From the NCBI GenBank assembly GCA_902571005.1, contig CACGAG010000004.1, positions 178 to 64,177 of the forward strand: 64,000 nt of DNA, read 5' to 3'. The first letter of the stretch is position 1; the number at the start of each line of letters is the position of its first letter. The translations under genes were made by a program, and so were the position numbers. Source of the DNA: an uncultured Pelagibacteraceae bacterium. GTDB taxonomy: Bacteria; Pseudomonadota; Alphaproteobacteria; Pelagibacterales; AG-422-B15. The notes beneath the pieces are model-generated. The model did no database searches. It was not told the origin of the DNA and saw nothing but the letters and a program-made list of their open reading frames with translations. Below, piece by piece: positions 38,084 to 47,395 of this stretch.

Positions 38084-38952
38084 TTTTCATTTCCTAAATT
38101 GTAGGTTTTAAATTTTAGGTATTCAGTCATTTTAGCTCTATCTTTTATATTTTCTAACTCGCTATATTTTATAACTTTACCAATATTTATATATACATCT
38201 TTGCCTATCATTTTTTTTGTTTCGTGAATATATGATGAGTATTTTAATGTTTGATTTTTTAATTTAGATGCAAATAAGTGGTATAGAAGTCCATTCTTGC
38301 CATCAAAGTAAACTGGCAAAACGTCAGCTTTCGTTTGTTTAATAATTTTTGCTGTGAACTGTTTCCACTCATCATCTTTAGCTGCAGACTTTAAATTTTT
38401 TGCTACGGACACACTACCTGATGGAAAAATAATCAATAGCCCACCTTTTAATAGATGTTTTTTTGCATTTCTTGTGGTTTCAATATTATTTTTGACAGTG
38501 ATTTTTGAATTTTCTTTGAAGTCTATTGGTAAAACATATTTATTTAGTTCTGGCGCGAACCCTAAAGTTTCATGTGTCAAAATTTTAAAATCTGCTCTTA
38601 TTTCTGAGGCTAACGAACACATTATTATTCCATCAATAATACCGAATGGATGGTTTGCAATCATTATTAGCTTTCCATTTTTTGGAATAAAAGTATTTAC
38701 CTTAGATTTGTTAATCACGTCAATCTTCATTGATTTTAAAATTCCTGTCCAAAAAAAACGTGGCTCTATTTTTTCTTTTGAAAACTCACTATATATTTTT
38801 TGTAGTTTTCTTTTACCTGTTAGTTGCTCTATAGTTTTAATAAGAAGTCTTTGTGCGAAATTATGCTCTGATCTAGAAGCGTACGATATATCAATTTTAC
38901 TCACAATTAATACTCTACTGGAATTGGGTCTAAGCTTCTCCAAAAATACCAT
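38080..38952 (-). CDS. Lysophospholipid acyltransferase family protein
   Basis: ANHPFGIIDG (HxxxxD), IFPSGSVS, LPVYFDGKN. Confidence 0.85.
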   Translation of the reverse strand: MVFLEKLRPNSSRVLIVSKIDISYASRSEHNFAQRLLIKTIEQLTGKRKLQKIYSEFSKEKIEPRFFWTGILKSMKIDVINKSKVNTFIPKNGKLIMIANHPFGIIDGIIMCSLASEIRADFKILTHETLGFAPELNKYVLPIDFKENSKITVKNNIETTRNAKKHLLKGGLLIIFPSGSVSVAKNLKSAAKDDEWKQFTAKIIKQTKADVLPVYFDGKNGLLYHLFASKLKNQTLKYSSYIHETKKMIGKDVYINIGKVIKYSELENIKDRAKMTEYLKFKTYNLGNEK

Positions 38953-39527
38953 GTGGCAACTGATCTATATGGTTTCCACTTTTCAGACATCTTTAAAGCA
39001 GCTTCTTTTTTAATTGGATAATTCAAATTATAACATTTACATATGCCCCTCAATAAACCAATATCATCTACGGGAAATATATCCGGTCTACAAAGATTAA
39101 AAATCAAATACATTTCTGCAGTCCATCTACCAATTCCTTTTATCACAACTAATTCATTAATTATGTCTTCATCATTATATTTTTTCCATTTATCTGGATT
39201 TATTTTATTTTGTATGAATGCTGAAGATAGAGATTTTAGATATTTTATTTTTTGCCTTGAAAGTCCACATGATTTAAGACTCATAAAATGCATTTTTGAA
39301 ATATAGTTAGGTTCAATTCTCTTTACTTTAGTTTCAAGTTTATCCCATACAGCTTGAGCAGCTTTGACAGAAATTTGCTGCCCAACAATAGACCTAGCTA
39401 ACGTATAAAAAGGATCAGATTTAGAAAAAAGAAAATCTTTAGGATAATTACTAATAATTTTCCCTAACTTCTTATCTTTGCTTATTAGAGCTTTTTTTGC
39501 TTTTTCCCAAAAAAATGGTTTTTTCAT
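38907..39527 (-). CDS. alkA: DNA-3-methyladenine glycosylase II (AlkA/HhH-GPD)
   Basis: IVGQQISVKAA, GLSRQK, KGIGRWTAEM, D.FP.DD.G, W.PYRS.A..Y.W. Confidence 0.9.
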   Translation of the reverse strand: MKKPFFWEKAKKALISKDKKLGKIISNYPKDFLFSKSDPFYTLARSIVGQQISVKAAQAVWDKLETKVKRIEPNYISKMHFMSLKSCGLSRQKIKYLKSLSSAFIQNKINPDKWKKYNDEDIINELVVIKGIGRWTAEMYLIFNLCRPDIFPVDDIGLLRGICKCYNLNYPIKKEAALKMSEKWKPYRSVATWYFWRSLDPIPVEY

Positions 39528-39609
39528 ATTTATGCAACGAATTTAATATTGACATATATAATGTAAATTGTTTTATTTGCCATTCTAAATAATAAATGGA
39601 GATAAAATT

Positions 39610-39924
39610 ATGGCTGACGTTGCTAGTTTATTGGCTGAGTTTCAAAAAGGTATCGAAGGAAAAGACACTGGTCTTGGGGCAACAGTTAAATTTGACTTTG
39701 AGGGGGCTGGTTGCATTTTTCTTGATGGCAAATCTAACCCTAATACCGTTTCTGATGAGGATAAAGATGCTGATTGCACATTATCTATGTCACTTGAAAC
39801 ATTTGAACAAATGAGATCAGGTGAGGTTGATGGAACCTCAGCATTCATGCAAGGCAAATTGAAAGTATCTGGGGATATGTCAATTGCAATGAAATTACAA
39901 TCTGTAATGGATGCACTTGCTTAA
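39610..39924 (+). CDS. SCP2 sterol/lipid-binding domain protein
   Basis: ADCTLSM, AFMQGKLKVSGDMSIAMKL; GGAG ribosome site at about 39598. Confidence 0.9.
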   Translation: MADVASLLAEFQKGIEGKDTGLGATVKFDFEGAGCIFLDGKSNPNTVSDEDKDADCTLSMSLETFEQMRSGEVDGTSAFMQGKLKVSGDMSIAMKLQSVMDALA

Positions 39925-39941
39925 ATCTTAAATTATTAAAA

Positions 39942-40760
39942 TTAACCCATCTTTGATACTTTCTTAGATGGGTTTTTTTTATTTAAGATCGTCGTGCATT
40001 TATTAAAAATCTTATTATTTGAGCAAGCAATTATTTTTCCGCCGTCTAATATCTTTTTGTTATCCCAAGTTTTTAATATACCACCCGCATTAATTATTAT
40101 TGGTTCCAAAGCTCTTATATCCCATGGATTTAGTCCACTTTCCACCACTATATCCACATGCCCATCTGCTAATAAACAGTAACTGTAGCAATCACCTCCA
40201 AGTCTAGTTAATTTAACTCTTTTACTTAGTCTCTCAAATGATGATTGATCATTTTTATCTGCAAATAAATATGGCGAAGTTGTATTTAATATTGAGTCAG
40301 ATATTTCCGTATCGTTCCTAACCTTTAAATTAGTTTTTTTACCGTTAATAATCTTATATGATTTTTTTTCATGTCCAATGTATCTCTCATCTAACGCAGG
40401 AATATCTGCAAGACCCAAAATAATATTACCATTTTTTGATAGCGAAATTAATGTACCCCAAAGCGGCATACCTTGTATAAACGACTTTGTTCCATCAATT
40501 GGATCAATACACCATTCATAAGCACTATTTTTAGAATGAGTTTCTTCCTCTCCGATAATTGAATGGTCAGGATAATGTTCTAAAATTAAACAATTTAATT
40601 TTTTCTGAATTTTAATATCTGCTTCTGTAACTGGATCAAAACCACTCCTTTTTTTGTTTTTTATTTTAATTTTTTTTTTAAAATATTTAAGGGAAACGAG
40701 ACGCGCCTCATCAGCCAAGAAATTTGAGAAATCTAGAAATTGTTTTATATTTTTTTTCAT
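39942..40760 (-). CDS. hisN: Histidinol-phosphate phosphatase (inositol monophosphatase family)
   Basis: FDPVTEAD, GEEE, WCIDPIDGTKSFI.G.PLWGTLI, GGDCYSY, WDI.AL.PII. Confidence 0.88.
   Translation of the reverse strand: MKKNIKQFLDFSNFLADEARLVSLKYFKKKIKIKNKKRSGFDPVTEADIKIQKKLNCLILEHYPDHSIIGEEETHSKNSAYEWCIDPIDGTKSFIQGMPLWGTLISLSKNGNIILGLADIPALDERYIGHEKKSYKIINGKKTNLKVRNDTEISDSILNTTSPYLFADKNDQSSFERLSKRVKLTRLGGDCYSYCLLADGHVDIVVESGLNPWDIRALEPIIINAGGILKTWDNKKILDGGKIIACSNNKIFNKCTTILNKKNPSKKVSKMG
39944..39980 (+). terminator. Rho-independent terminator after the SCP2 gene
   Basis: AACCCATCT (39944-39952) pairs with AGATGGGTT (39966-39974), 13-nt loop, T tract to 39980. Confidence 0.7.
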
Positions 40761-40816
40761 ATTGCATCTAAATATTATGTGTTGAATGAGATATTATCCT
40801 TTTGTATCATATAAGT

Positions 40817-42094
40817 ATGATTAAAAAAAATATCCTTTTATTTATTTTTGTTTTTTTGCCATCAATTTCATTAGCAGATAATGAAATTAATAACATTTTT
40901 ATTGGTGAAAGAGAGCCAATAATTAAGCCAATCTCTGAGTATGATCCTGAAATAAACTCTTATCCAGACCCGTTTCATGATGATCAAATAATTTTAACTA
41001 TAGATAAAAATAATTATATTAAATTTAGCGATAATATTCTCACTCCAGGTCAAATAGAAATGTTTGAGACATATCCTGAAACTTTTAAAATGCAGGTATA
41101 CCCCTCAAGAAGAAGTTGTGCTGTGCCTCCTGAAGTTTTGAAATTAACAAATGAAAATGCAAAACTTACTGATGAAGGTGAGGGAGTTGAGGGGGTTGTA
41201 GGAAGTATTCCTTTTCCAAACCCAAGTGAAGCACTTCACCATGTATGGAATCATATTTTAAGATATCGAGGTGTAAATATATATGGCTCATCTCCTTTTT
41301 TTATAGTAAATCCGGATAATTCTAGAACATTTGGTGCTGGCGAAGCTATTGCAATTAACTATTGGAATCCTTTTGTTGAAAACGATAAAGGCTTGCAAGG
41401 TATGTTAATGTCAAAAGTAACTCATCCACCAAGACTTGCAGATGCTTCATTGCTTGTAATTGAGTCTTTAAATGCTTTTAAAACTCCTCGTCGAGCTTGG
41501 GTATATAACCCTGGAACAAGAAGAGTAAGAAGAGCGCCTGATATTGCGTATGATTATAAGCCTTCTGCAAATCAAGGTTTAACAACTACAGATCAGTTCG
41601 ATGGTTTCAATGGTGCAAAAGATAGATACAATTGGTCATTTGTGGGTACCTCAAAAAAATTGATGCCGTACAATGCATATGAATTTCACGAGACAAATGT
41701 AGAAGAAATATTAACTCCATATCATGTAAATCAAGAGTTTTTACGATATGAATTAGTTAATGTTAATATTGTTCAAGCAGATCTCAAATCAGACAAGAGA
41801 CACATTATTCCTCATAGAACTATGTATTTTGATTTAGATAGCCATAATATGCTTGTAGAAGAAACTTATGATGATGAAAATGAAATAATGGCGTATAGAG
41901 AGTTTCCAATAATAAATTTTTATGATCAACCAATGTGTTTATCAATTCATAGCGCCACGTATGACTTTGCTACAAAACGTTATCAATTAACTAATGTCAG
42001 ATCAAAGGATATACCTAAAATTCAATGGAGGCTTAGTGAACCTCATGATGAAAAAATGTTTACACCTGAAGGGTTAAAAAGATTTGCCAGATAG
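40817..42094 (+). CDS. DUF1329-family exported protein
   Basis: Signal peptide; GSIPFPNP, RRAWVYNPGTRRVRRAP, D.FNGAKDRYNW. ATG 40817 preferred over TTG 40802. Confidence 0.85.
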   Translation: MIKKNILLFIFVFLPSISLADNEINNIFIGEREPIIKPISEYDPEINSYPDPFHDDQIILTIDKNNYIKFSDNILTPGQIEMFETYPETFKMQVYPSRRSCAVPPEVLKLTNENAKLTDEGEGVEGVVGSIPFPNPSEALHHVWNHILRYRGVNIYGSSPFFIVNPDNSRTFGAGEAIAINYWNPFVENDKGLQGMLMSKVTHPPRLADASLLVIESLNAFKTPRRAWVYNPGTRRVRRAPDIAYDYKPSANQGLTTTDQFDGFNGAKDRYNWSFVGTSKKLMPYNAYEFHETNVEEILTPYHVNQEFLRYELVNVNIVQADLKSDKRHIIPHRTMYFDLDSHNMLVEETYDDENEIMAYREFPIINFYDQPMCLSIHSATYDFATKRYQLTNVRSKDIPKIQWRLSEPHDEKMFTPEGLKRFAR

Positions 42095-42136
42095 CAATTA
42101 AAAAATTATATATCCTTGATATATAATAGGATTTTT

Positions 42137-42211
42137 GGGCACGTAGCTCAGTGGTAGAGCATCACGTTGACATCGTGGGGGTTGTTGGTTCGATCCCAAC
42201 CGTGCCCACCA
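42137..42211 (+). tRNA. tRNA-Val(GAC)
   Basis: GGGCACG/CGTGCCC acceptor stem, GCTC/GAGC D stem, TCACG-TTGACAT-CGTGG anticodon arm (GAC at 42169-42171), GTTGG-TTCGATC-CCAAC T arm, encoded CCA. Confidence 0.98.
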
Positions 42212-42268
42212 TAAATCTGAATTATATGTTGTTTTTTATTACTTAATTAGATAAAAGATCGCAGTATT

Positions 42269-42403
42269 ATGAAAAAGCCAAATAAAATCAGAGAAGCAAG
42301 GCTCAATAAGATGAGATCTAGAAAAAATAACATTCGTAAAGAAAAAGTTAGACTTAAAAAAATTGAAGAAGCAAATGCACCACAAACGGAGCCTCAGCAA
42401 TGA
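42269..42403 (+). CDS. Small basic protein, 44 aa (below ORF-track cutoff)
   Basis: [44 protein letters not shown]; TGA overlaps the rpmJ ATG (ATGA at 42400-42403). Confidence 0.7.
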   Translation: MKKPNKIREARLNKMRSRKNNIRKEKVRLKKIEEANAPQTEPQQ

Positions 42404-42525
42404 AAGTTAGAAGCTCACTAAAAAACCTTAAGACAAGAGACCGTAATAATAAGCTTATAAAAAGAAAAGGTCGTCTATACGTTATTAATAAAAGAAACCC
42501 ACGAATGAAAGCTCGTCAAGGCTAA
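42400..42525 (+). CDS. rpmJ: 50S ribosomal protein L36, Zn-free type (not in ORF track)
   Basis: [41 protein letters not shown]. Confidence 0.97.
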   Translation: MKVRSSLKNLKTRDRNNKLIKRKGRLYVINKRNPRMKARQG

Positions 42526-42531
42526 TAATAT

Positions 42532-43230
42532 TTGTCGTCTAAAAAAAATAAAAGAATTCTTTTTATTGCAGATCATGCATCAAATTATATACCAAGTTCG
42601 TTAAAAAATTTAGGCCTTAAAGACAACCAATTAAATTCACATATTGCGTATGATGTAGGTGTAAAAGAATTATGCATTAATTTGTCTAATCTTCTTAACT
42701 CTAATTATATTATAGGCGAATACTCAAGACTTGTTATTGATTTAAATAGAGATATTTCAGATCCAACATTAATTCCAGAAATAGTTGATAGAAAAATAAT
42801 AAAGAAAAATTTGAGTCTAACTAATTATGATAAGAAAAAAAGAATTTCAGAGATCTACAATAAATATCATAACAAAATTAAAACAGCTATAAAACATAAT
42901 AATATAATGGCATTAATTTCTCTTCATTCATTTAATCCTATATTCAAAAAGCAAAAACGAAATATTCATTATGGCATTCTATCAAATCAAGATAGAAGAC
43001 TGAGTAATTATATAATTACAGAAATGAAAAGAAGGAAATTAAAAGTCGGTGACAATGAGCCGTATGAGGGAAATTTAATTGGTGATACGATGTATAAACA
43101 CGGTCTTAAAAATAATTTACATCATACTTTAATTGAGGTCAGAAACGATTTACTTTCTTCCTCAACTAAGATACACAGAGTATCAGTACTATTAAAGCAA
43201 GTAATTAATAATTCAATTAATAGGATTTAA
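42532..43230 (+). CDS. N-formylglutamate amidohydrolase family protein
   Basis: TTG start; ADHASN.IP, HIAYDVG, SRLVIDLNR, SLHSF.P, DNEPY.G, IEVRNDL. Confidence 0.88.
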   Translation: MSSKKNKRILFIADHASNYIPSSLKNLGLKDNQLNSHIAYDVGVKELCINLSNLLNSNYIIGEYSRLVIDLNRDISDPTLIPEIVDRKIIKKNLSLTNYDKKKRISEIYNKYHNKIKTAIKHNNIMALISLHSFNPIFKKQKRNIHYGILSNQDRRLSNYIITEMKRRKLKVGDNEPYEGNLIGDTMYKHGLKNNLHHTLIEVRNDLLSSSTKIHRVSVLLKQVINNSINRI

Positions 43231-43237
43231 AGACAAT

Positions 43238-44140
43238 ATGAGTAATGTAACTCCAAAGTGGTTTGAAAAAGCAATAGCTAATAAGCCTGAGGTACTGTCT
43301 GTGAAAATAAAAGGGACAAAAATTTCCTATAATGCCTGGGGCGACAAATCAAAACCGGGCTTAATTTTTATTCATGGTGGCATGGCACATGCAGAGTGGT
43401 GGAGTTTTATTGCTCCCTACTTTGCAAAAACACATAGAGTTATAGCCATGAATCTAGGTGGGATGGGTGATAGTGAATGGAAGAAAAAATATTCAGTTGA
43501 GTCTTGGGGCGCAGAAATAGTTGGTGTATGTAAAAAAGAAAAATTAAAAAAACCTATTTTTATAGGACATAGCCTAGGTGGCATGTGCGGTGTATATGCT
43601 GCTTCTTTAATGAAAAAAAAATTGTATGGTTTAGTCATTGTAGACACAGCTATAATGCCTCCTACTGATAATCCACCTAAATTCGATTTAAAAGTCAGAG
43701 CTAACAACGTTTATAAAAAAATGTCAGATATTATTGAACGTTTTAGATTAGTTCCATCTCAGAGTGACGCTCTTAAATATGCGATGAATTTTATAGCAGA
43801 AAAATCTATTAAAAAAGTCAGAGGTGGATGGACATGGAAATTTGACCCAAGTTATATGAATATCTTTACAAGCGAAAATTTTGCCGAAAGGCAAGCAGTT
43901 TTGAGAAAAACACTAAAGAGTCTTAAATGTAGAGTTGCAGTATTTAGGGGTGAGAAATCATCTATCTTTCCAGGATTTAGTGCAAAATATATGAATGAAT
44001 TGATGGATAAGAAATCACCGATAATTAACATACCAGAAGCTCATCACCATATTATGGTAGATCAACCTTTAGCGCTCGTTTCAGCTTTAAGATCATTAAT
44101 TATTGATTGGGATCATTCAAAACCATCTAAAGCACTGTAA
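43238..44140 (+). CDS. Alpha/beta hydrolase
   Basis: FIHGG.AH..WW, G.GDS, GHSLGG nucleophile elbow, WTWKFD, HHHIMVDQP. Confidence 0.88.
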   Translation: MSNVTPKWFEKAIANKPEVLSVKIKGTKISYNAWGDKSKPGLIFIHGGMAHAEWWSFIAPYFAKTHRVIAMNLGGMGDSEWKKKYSVESWGAEIVGVCKKEKLKKPIFIGHSLGGMCGVYAASLMKKKLYGLVIVDTAIMPPTDNPPKFDLKVRANNVYKKMSDIIERFRLVPSQSDALKYAMNFIAEKSIKKVRGGWTWKFDPSYMNIFTSENFAERQAVLRKTLKSLKCRVAVFRGEKSSIFPGFSAKYMNELMDKKSPIINIPEAHHHIMVDQPLALVSALRSLIIDWDHSKPSKAL

Positions 44141-44229
44141 ACTATATATAATTCAATCATCACTAATCTAATATTAACTAAAAAAAACACTGTTAAATTC
44201 GATATTTAGAAATATATTAACTGCTTATC

Positions 44230-44340
44230 ATGGATATATCAGAGCAGAAAAAAACATATAGTTTCTTCGGCAAGCTCATTTTATGGGGGTCTGTTGGTAT
44301 TGTTGTTGTATTGGTTTTGATGGCAATTTTTTTAATCTAA
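44230..44340 (+). CDS. aa3-type cytochrome c oxidase subunit IV, 36 aa (not in ORF track)
   Basis: MDISEQKKTYSFFGKLILWGSVGIVVVLVLMAIFLI; fits the MD..EH..TY..F..L..W + TM pattern and the usual position upstream of pntA in alphaproteobacteria. Confidence 0.8.
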   Translation: MDISEQKKTYSFFGKLILWGSVGIVVVLVLMAIFLI

Positions 44341-44351
44341 ATTTTAAATTT

Positions 44352-45473
44352 ATGCGCGCTTATATTTTAAAAGAAAGTGAGTCAGAATTACGCGTATCGG
44401 CTTCTCCTGATAGCGTAAAAAAGATGGTTGAGTTAGGAATTTCTGTGAATATACAAACTTCTGCGGGTCAAAATTCAAATTTTTCTGACGAAAGTTATAA
44501 AGCAAACGGGGCCGAGATCTTTAATAATACTTCCGAAATTTCAAACGCTGATATCATAATAAAAGTTAACAAACCAACTGATGATGAAATTTCAGCAATG
44601 AAAGAAGGCTCTTTATTCATAGGTTCTCTGGATCCTTATAATAGTAGGGAGACGCTAAATAAATTAAGGGATAAGGGTGTAACATCGTTTGCAATGGAAT
44701 TAATGCCAAGAATAACAAGAGCTCAATCTATGGATATACTCTCTTCACAATCTAACTTAGCTGGATACAAGGCTGTGATAGACGCTACCTACTTATTTAA
44801 CAAAGCAATGCCAATGATGATGACGGCTGCTGGTACAATCGCACCAGCAAAAGTTATGGTATTTGGTGCTGGTGTTGCCGGTTTACAAGCTATTGCTACT
44901 GCGAAGAGACTTGGAGCAATCGTTTCCGCAACTGACGTAAGAATGGCAGCAAAAGAACAAGTCGAGAGTCTAGGTGGTAAATTTGTTATGGTTGATGATG
45001 ATGAGATTCAGGATGCAGAAACATCCGGGGGTTATGCAAAAGAAATGAGTGATGAATTTAAAGCTAAGCAGGCAAAGCTTATTTCAGATACCTTAGCAGC
45101 TCAAGATATTGCAATATGTACAGCACTTATTCCTGGAAAGAAAGCTCCAATACTTATTTCAGAGGAACAGGTTAGATCAATGAAACCTGGATCAATAATA
45201 ATTGATCTTGCAGCTGAAAGTGGTGGGAATTGCGAGTGCTCTGTAGCTGGTGAGACTAAGGAGGTTGGAGGTGTGCACGTAGTTGGTTCAAAAGATATAA
45301 CTTCAACAATTTCTGAAGATGCTTCAGCGCTATTTTCAAAAAATATACTTAATTTTTTAACATTATTAATCGACAGCGAATCCAAGTCTATAAGTATTGA
45401 TTGGGATGATGAGATTATTCAAGGAATACTTGTAACAAAAAATAATGAAATCGTACATAAGGAGCTTAGCTAA
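44352..45473 (+). CDS. pntAA: NAD(P) transhydrogenase alpha subunit part 1
   Basis: E.RVSASP, MELMPRITRAQSMD.LSSQSNLAGY, GAGVAGLQA, GGYAKEMS, DLAAESGGNC. ATG 44352 is the likely start, not 44283. Confidence 0.95.
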   Translation: MRAYILKESESELRVSASPDSVKKMVELGISVNIQTSAGQNSNFSDESYKANGAEIFNNTSEISNADIIIKVNKPTDDEISAMKEGSLFIGSLDPYNSRETLNKLRDKGVTSFAMELMPRITRAQSMDILSSQSNLAGYKAVIDATYLFNKAMPMMMTAAGTIAPAKVMVFGAGVAGLQAIATAKRLGAIVSATDVRMAAKEQVESLGGKFVMVDDDEIQDAETSGGYAKEMSDEFKAKQAKLISDTLAAQDIAICTALIPGKKAPILISEEQVRSMKPGSIIIDLAAESGGNCECSVAGETKEVGGVHVVGSKDITSTISEDASALFSKNILNFLTLLIDSESKSISIDWDDEIIQGILVTKNNEIVHKELS

Positions 45474-45796
45474 TGGAAGCAATTGATCCAAATATATTTA
45501 GACTAACCATTTTTGTGTTATCAATTTTTGTGGGTTACTATGTAGTTTGGAGTGTGACACCTGCCTTACATACTCCTTTAATGGCTGTTACTAATGCGAT
45601 TTCGTCAGTAATAATTGTTGGTGGTTTATTTGCTCTTGTCTCAAGCACTGATCAGACATTTCTGGGAATTTTATCCAAAAGTTTTGGATTTATAGCGGTT
45701 TTGCTAGCTGCGGTAAATATATTTGGTGGATTCTTAGTAACACAAAGAATGTTAGCAATGTATAAAAAGAAACCGAAAAATCAGGATAAAAAATAA
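45473..45796 (+). CDS. pntAB: NAD(P) transhydrogenase alpha subunit part 2
   Basis: VTPALHTPLMAVTNAISS, NIFGGFLVTQRMLAM. Confidence 0.96.
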   Translation: MEAIDPNIFRLTIFVLSIFVGYYVVWSVTPALHTPLMAVTNAISSVIIVGGLFALVSSTDQTFLGILSKSFGFIAVLLAAVNIFGGFLVTQRMLAMYKKKPKNQDKK

Positions 45797-47193
45797 TGCA
45801 CAATCTTGTAGCAGTTGCTTACGTTATATCAGGAATATTCTTTATCATTGCTTTAAGAGGCCTATCTTCACCAGAAAGTTCTCGAAGAGGGAATATTTTT
45901 GGCATGCTTGGTATGCTAATTGCTGTGCTCGCCACATTATTCTCTGTTGATTTTTTTAAATCCAATATTCAAACTGTAGGATTAGTACTAATTGCAATAG
46001 TTATTGGTGGATTAATTGGTTCAGTGATCGCTAGGAAAATTGCAATGACTGCGATGCCGCAACTCGTTGCTGCTTTTCACAGCCTAGTAGGACTTGCGGC
46101 AGTATTCGTTGCTTTAGCCGCTTTTTACGCACCCGAGGCTTTTAACATTGGGACTTTTGGAAAAATTAAAACTTTAAGTTTAGTAGAAATGTCTCTTGGT
46201 GCTGTGATTGGTGCTATTACTTTTTCTGGCTCAGTAATTGCATTCGGTAAATTGCAAGGCATTATGTCAGGCTCACCAATTGTATTTAAGGGTCAACATC
46301 TTGTAAATTTGTTAATTGGTTTGATCATAATCGCAGGTATTGTTTATTTTTGTTTTAATCAGGATCAAAATGTTTATTTAGCAATTATCGCGCTCTCATT
46401 TCTGATTGGATTTTTAATTATTATTCCTATTGGTGGGGCTGATATGCCTGTTGTTGTATCAATGTTAAACTCTTATTCTGGATGGGCTGCAGCTGGAATT
46501 GGTTTTACTCTTGGAAACACTGCACTGATTATCACTGGTGCATTAGTTGGATCATCTGGAGCAATTTTATCTTATATAATGTGCGCAGCTATGAACAGAT
46601 CATTCATCAGTGTTATTCTAGGTGGATTTGGAGCAGAGGACGCTGCGGTGTCTAAAGATGTAGAGCAAAGACCTGTCAAAGAAGGTAGCGCTGATGATGC
46701 TGCATTTATTATGAAGAATGCAGGTTCAGTTATTATTGTTCCTGGATATGGAATGGCGGTAGCGCAAGCTCAGCATGCACTTAAAGAAATGACAGATGCA
46801 CTAAAATCAAACGGTGTAAAGGTTACATTTGCAATTCATCCTGTTGCGGGAAGAATGCCAGGACACATGAATGTATTGTTAGCTGAAGCAAATGTTCCTT
46901 ATGATGAGGTTTTTGAGCTTGAGGATATTAATTCTGAATTTTCCCAAGCTGATGTTGCTTTTGTTATTGGAGCGAATGATGTAACGAATCCTATAGCAAA
47001 AACAGATCCTGCATCACCAATTTATGGAATGCCTATTCTTGATGTAGAAAAAGCCAACACAGTTCTGTTTGTTAAAAGAGGAAGAGGTCTCGGCTATGCA
47101 GGTATTGATAATGAATTATTCTATCGTGACAATACTATGATGCTATTTTCGGATGCAAAAAAAATGGTTGAAGGTATTGTTAAAGCTTTATAA
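45796..47193 (+). CDS. pntB: NAD(P) transhydrogenase beta subunit
   Basis: MTAMPQLVAAFHSLVGLAA, GGADMPVV.SMLNSYSGWA, VPGYGMAVAQAQH, HPVAGRMPGHMNVLLAE. Confidence 0.97.
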   Translation: MHNLVAVAYVISGIFFIIALRGLSSPESSRRGNIFGMLGMLIAVLATLFSVDFFKSNIQTVGLVLIAIVIGGLIGSVIARKIAMTAMPQLVAAFHSLVGLAAVFVALAAFYAPEAFNIGTFGKIKTLSLVEMSLGAVIGAITFSGSVIAFGKLQGIMSGSPIVFKGQHLVNLLIGLIIIAGIVYFCFNQDQNVYLAIIALSFLIGFLIIIPIGGADMPVVVSMLNSYSGWAAAGIGFTLGNTALIITGALVGSSGAILSYIMCAAMNRSFISVILGGFGAEDAAVSKDVEQRPVKEGSADDAAFIMKNAGSVIIVPGYGMAVAQAQHALKEMTDALKSNGVKVTFAIHPVAGRMPGHMNVLLAEANVPYDEVFELEDINSEFSQADVAFVIGANDVTNPIAKTDPASPIYGMPILDVEKANTVLFVKRGRGLGYAGIDNELFYRDNTMMLFSDAKKMVEGIVKAL

Positions 47194-47213
47194 AGATTTA
47201 GCTATAAATCTTT
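47192..47213. terminator. Possible bidirectional hairpin at the convergent pntB/rpsU stops
   Basis: AAAGATTTA (47192-47200), loop GCTA, TAAATCTTT (47205-47213); perfect 9-bp but AT-rich stem. Confidence 0.35.
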
Positions 47214-47395
47214 CTTCTAGCCATTTTACGTGAGCGACGAATGTTTTCAGCCTTCTCTCTTAATTTTTTTTGACTAGGTTTTTCAAAGTAAGTTCTCATC
47301 TTCATTTCTTTAAAAATGCCTTCTCTTTGCATCTTTTTTTTGAGAATACGAAGGGCTCCCTCCACATTATTATCTTTTACACTTACTTCGACTAT
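47198..47395 (-). CDS. rpsU: 30S ribosomal protein S21 with apparent ATA start (not in ORF track)
   Basis: (M)[64 protein letters not shown]; AAGGAGG at 47404-47410, 8 nt before ATA. Confidence 0.95.
   Translation of the reverse strand: MVEVSVKDNNVEGALRILKKKMQREGIFKEMKMRTYFEKPSQKKLREKAENIRRSRKMARRKIYS

Noticed and set aside
37680-39306. Plus-strand ORFs 37680..38057, 38354..39013 and 39043..39306
   Set aside because: Antisense to trhO, the acyltransferase and alkA, which carry clear family motifs.
42137-42268. tRNA-Val as an integration site
   Set aside because: No integrase, no duplicated tRNA 3' end seen, and both flanks are ordinary chromosomal genes.
42532-43230. Link between N-formylglutamate amidohydrolase or fau and the island formyltransferases
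   Set aside because: Both are ordinary core genes outside the island; no shared operon or other evidence.
44283-44351. N-terminal extension of pntAA with GVCWYCCC
   Set aside because: It is an alternative frame of the cytochrome oxidase subunit IV gene; PntAA homology begins at ATG 44352.
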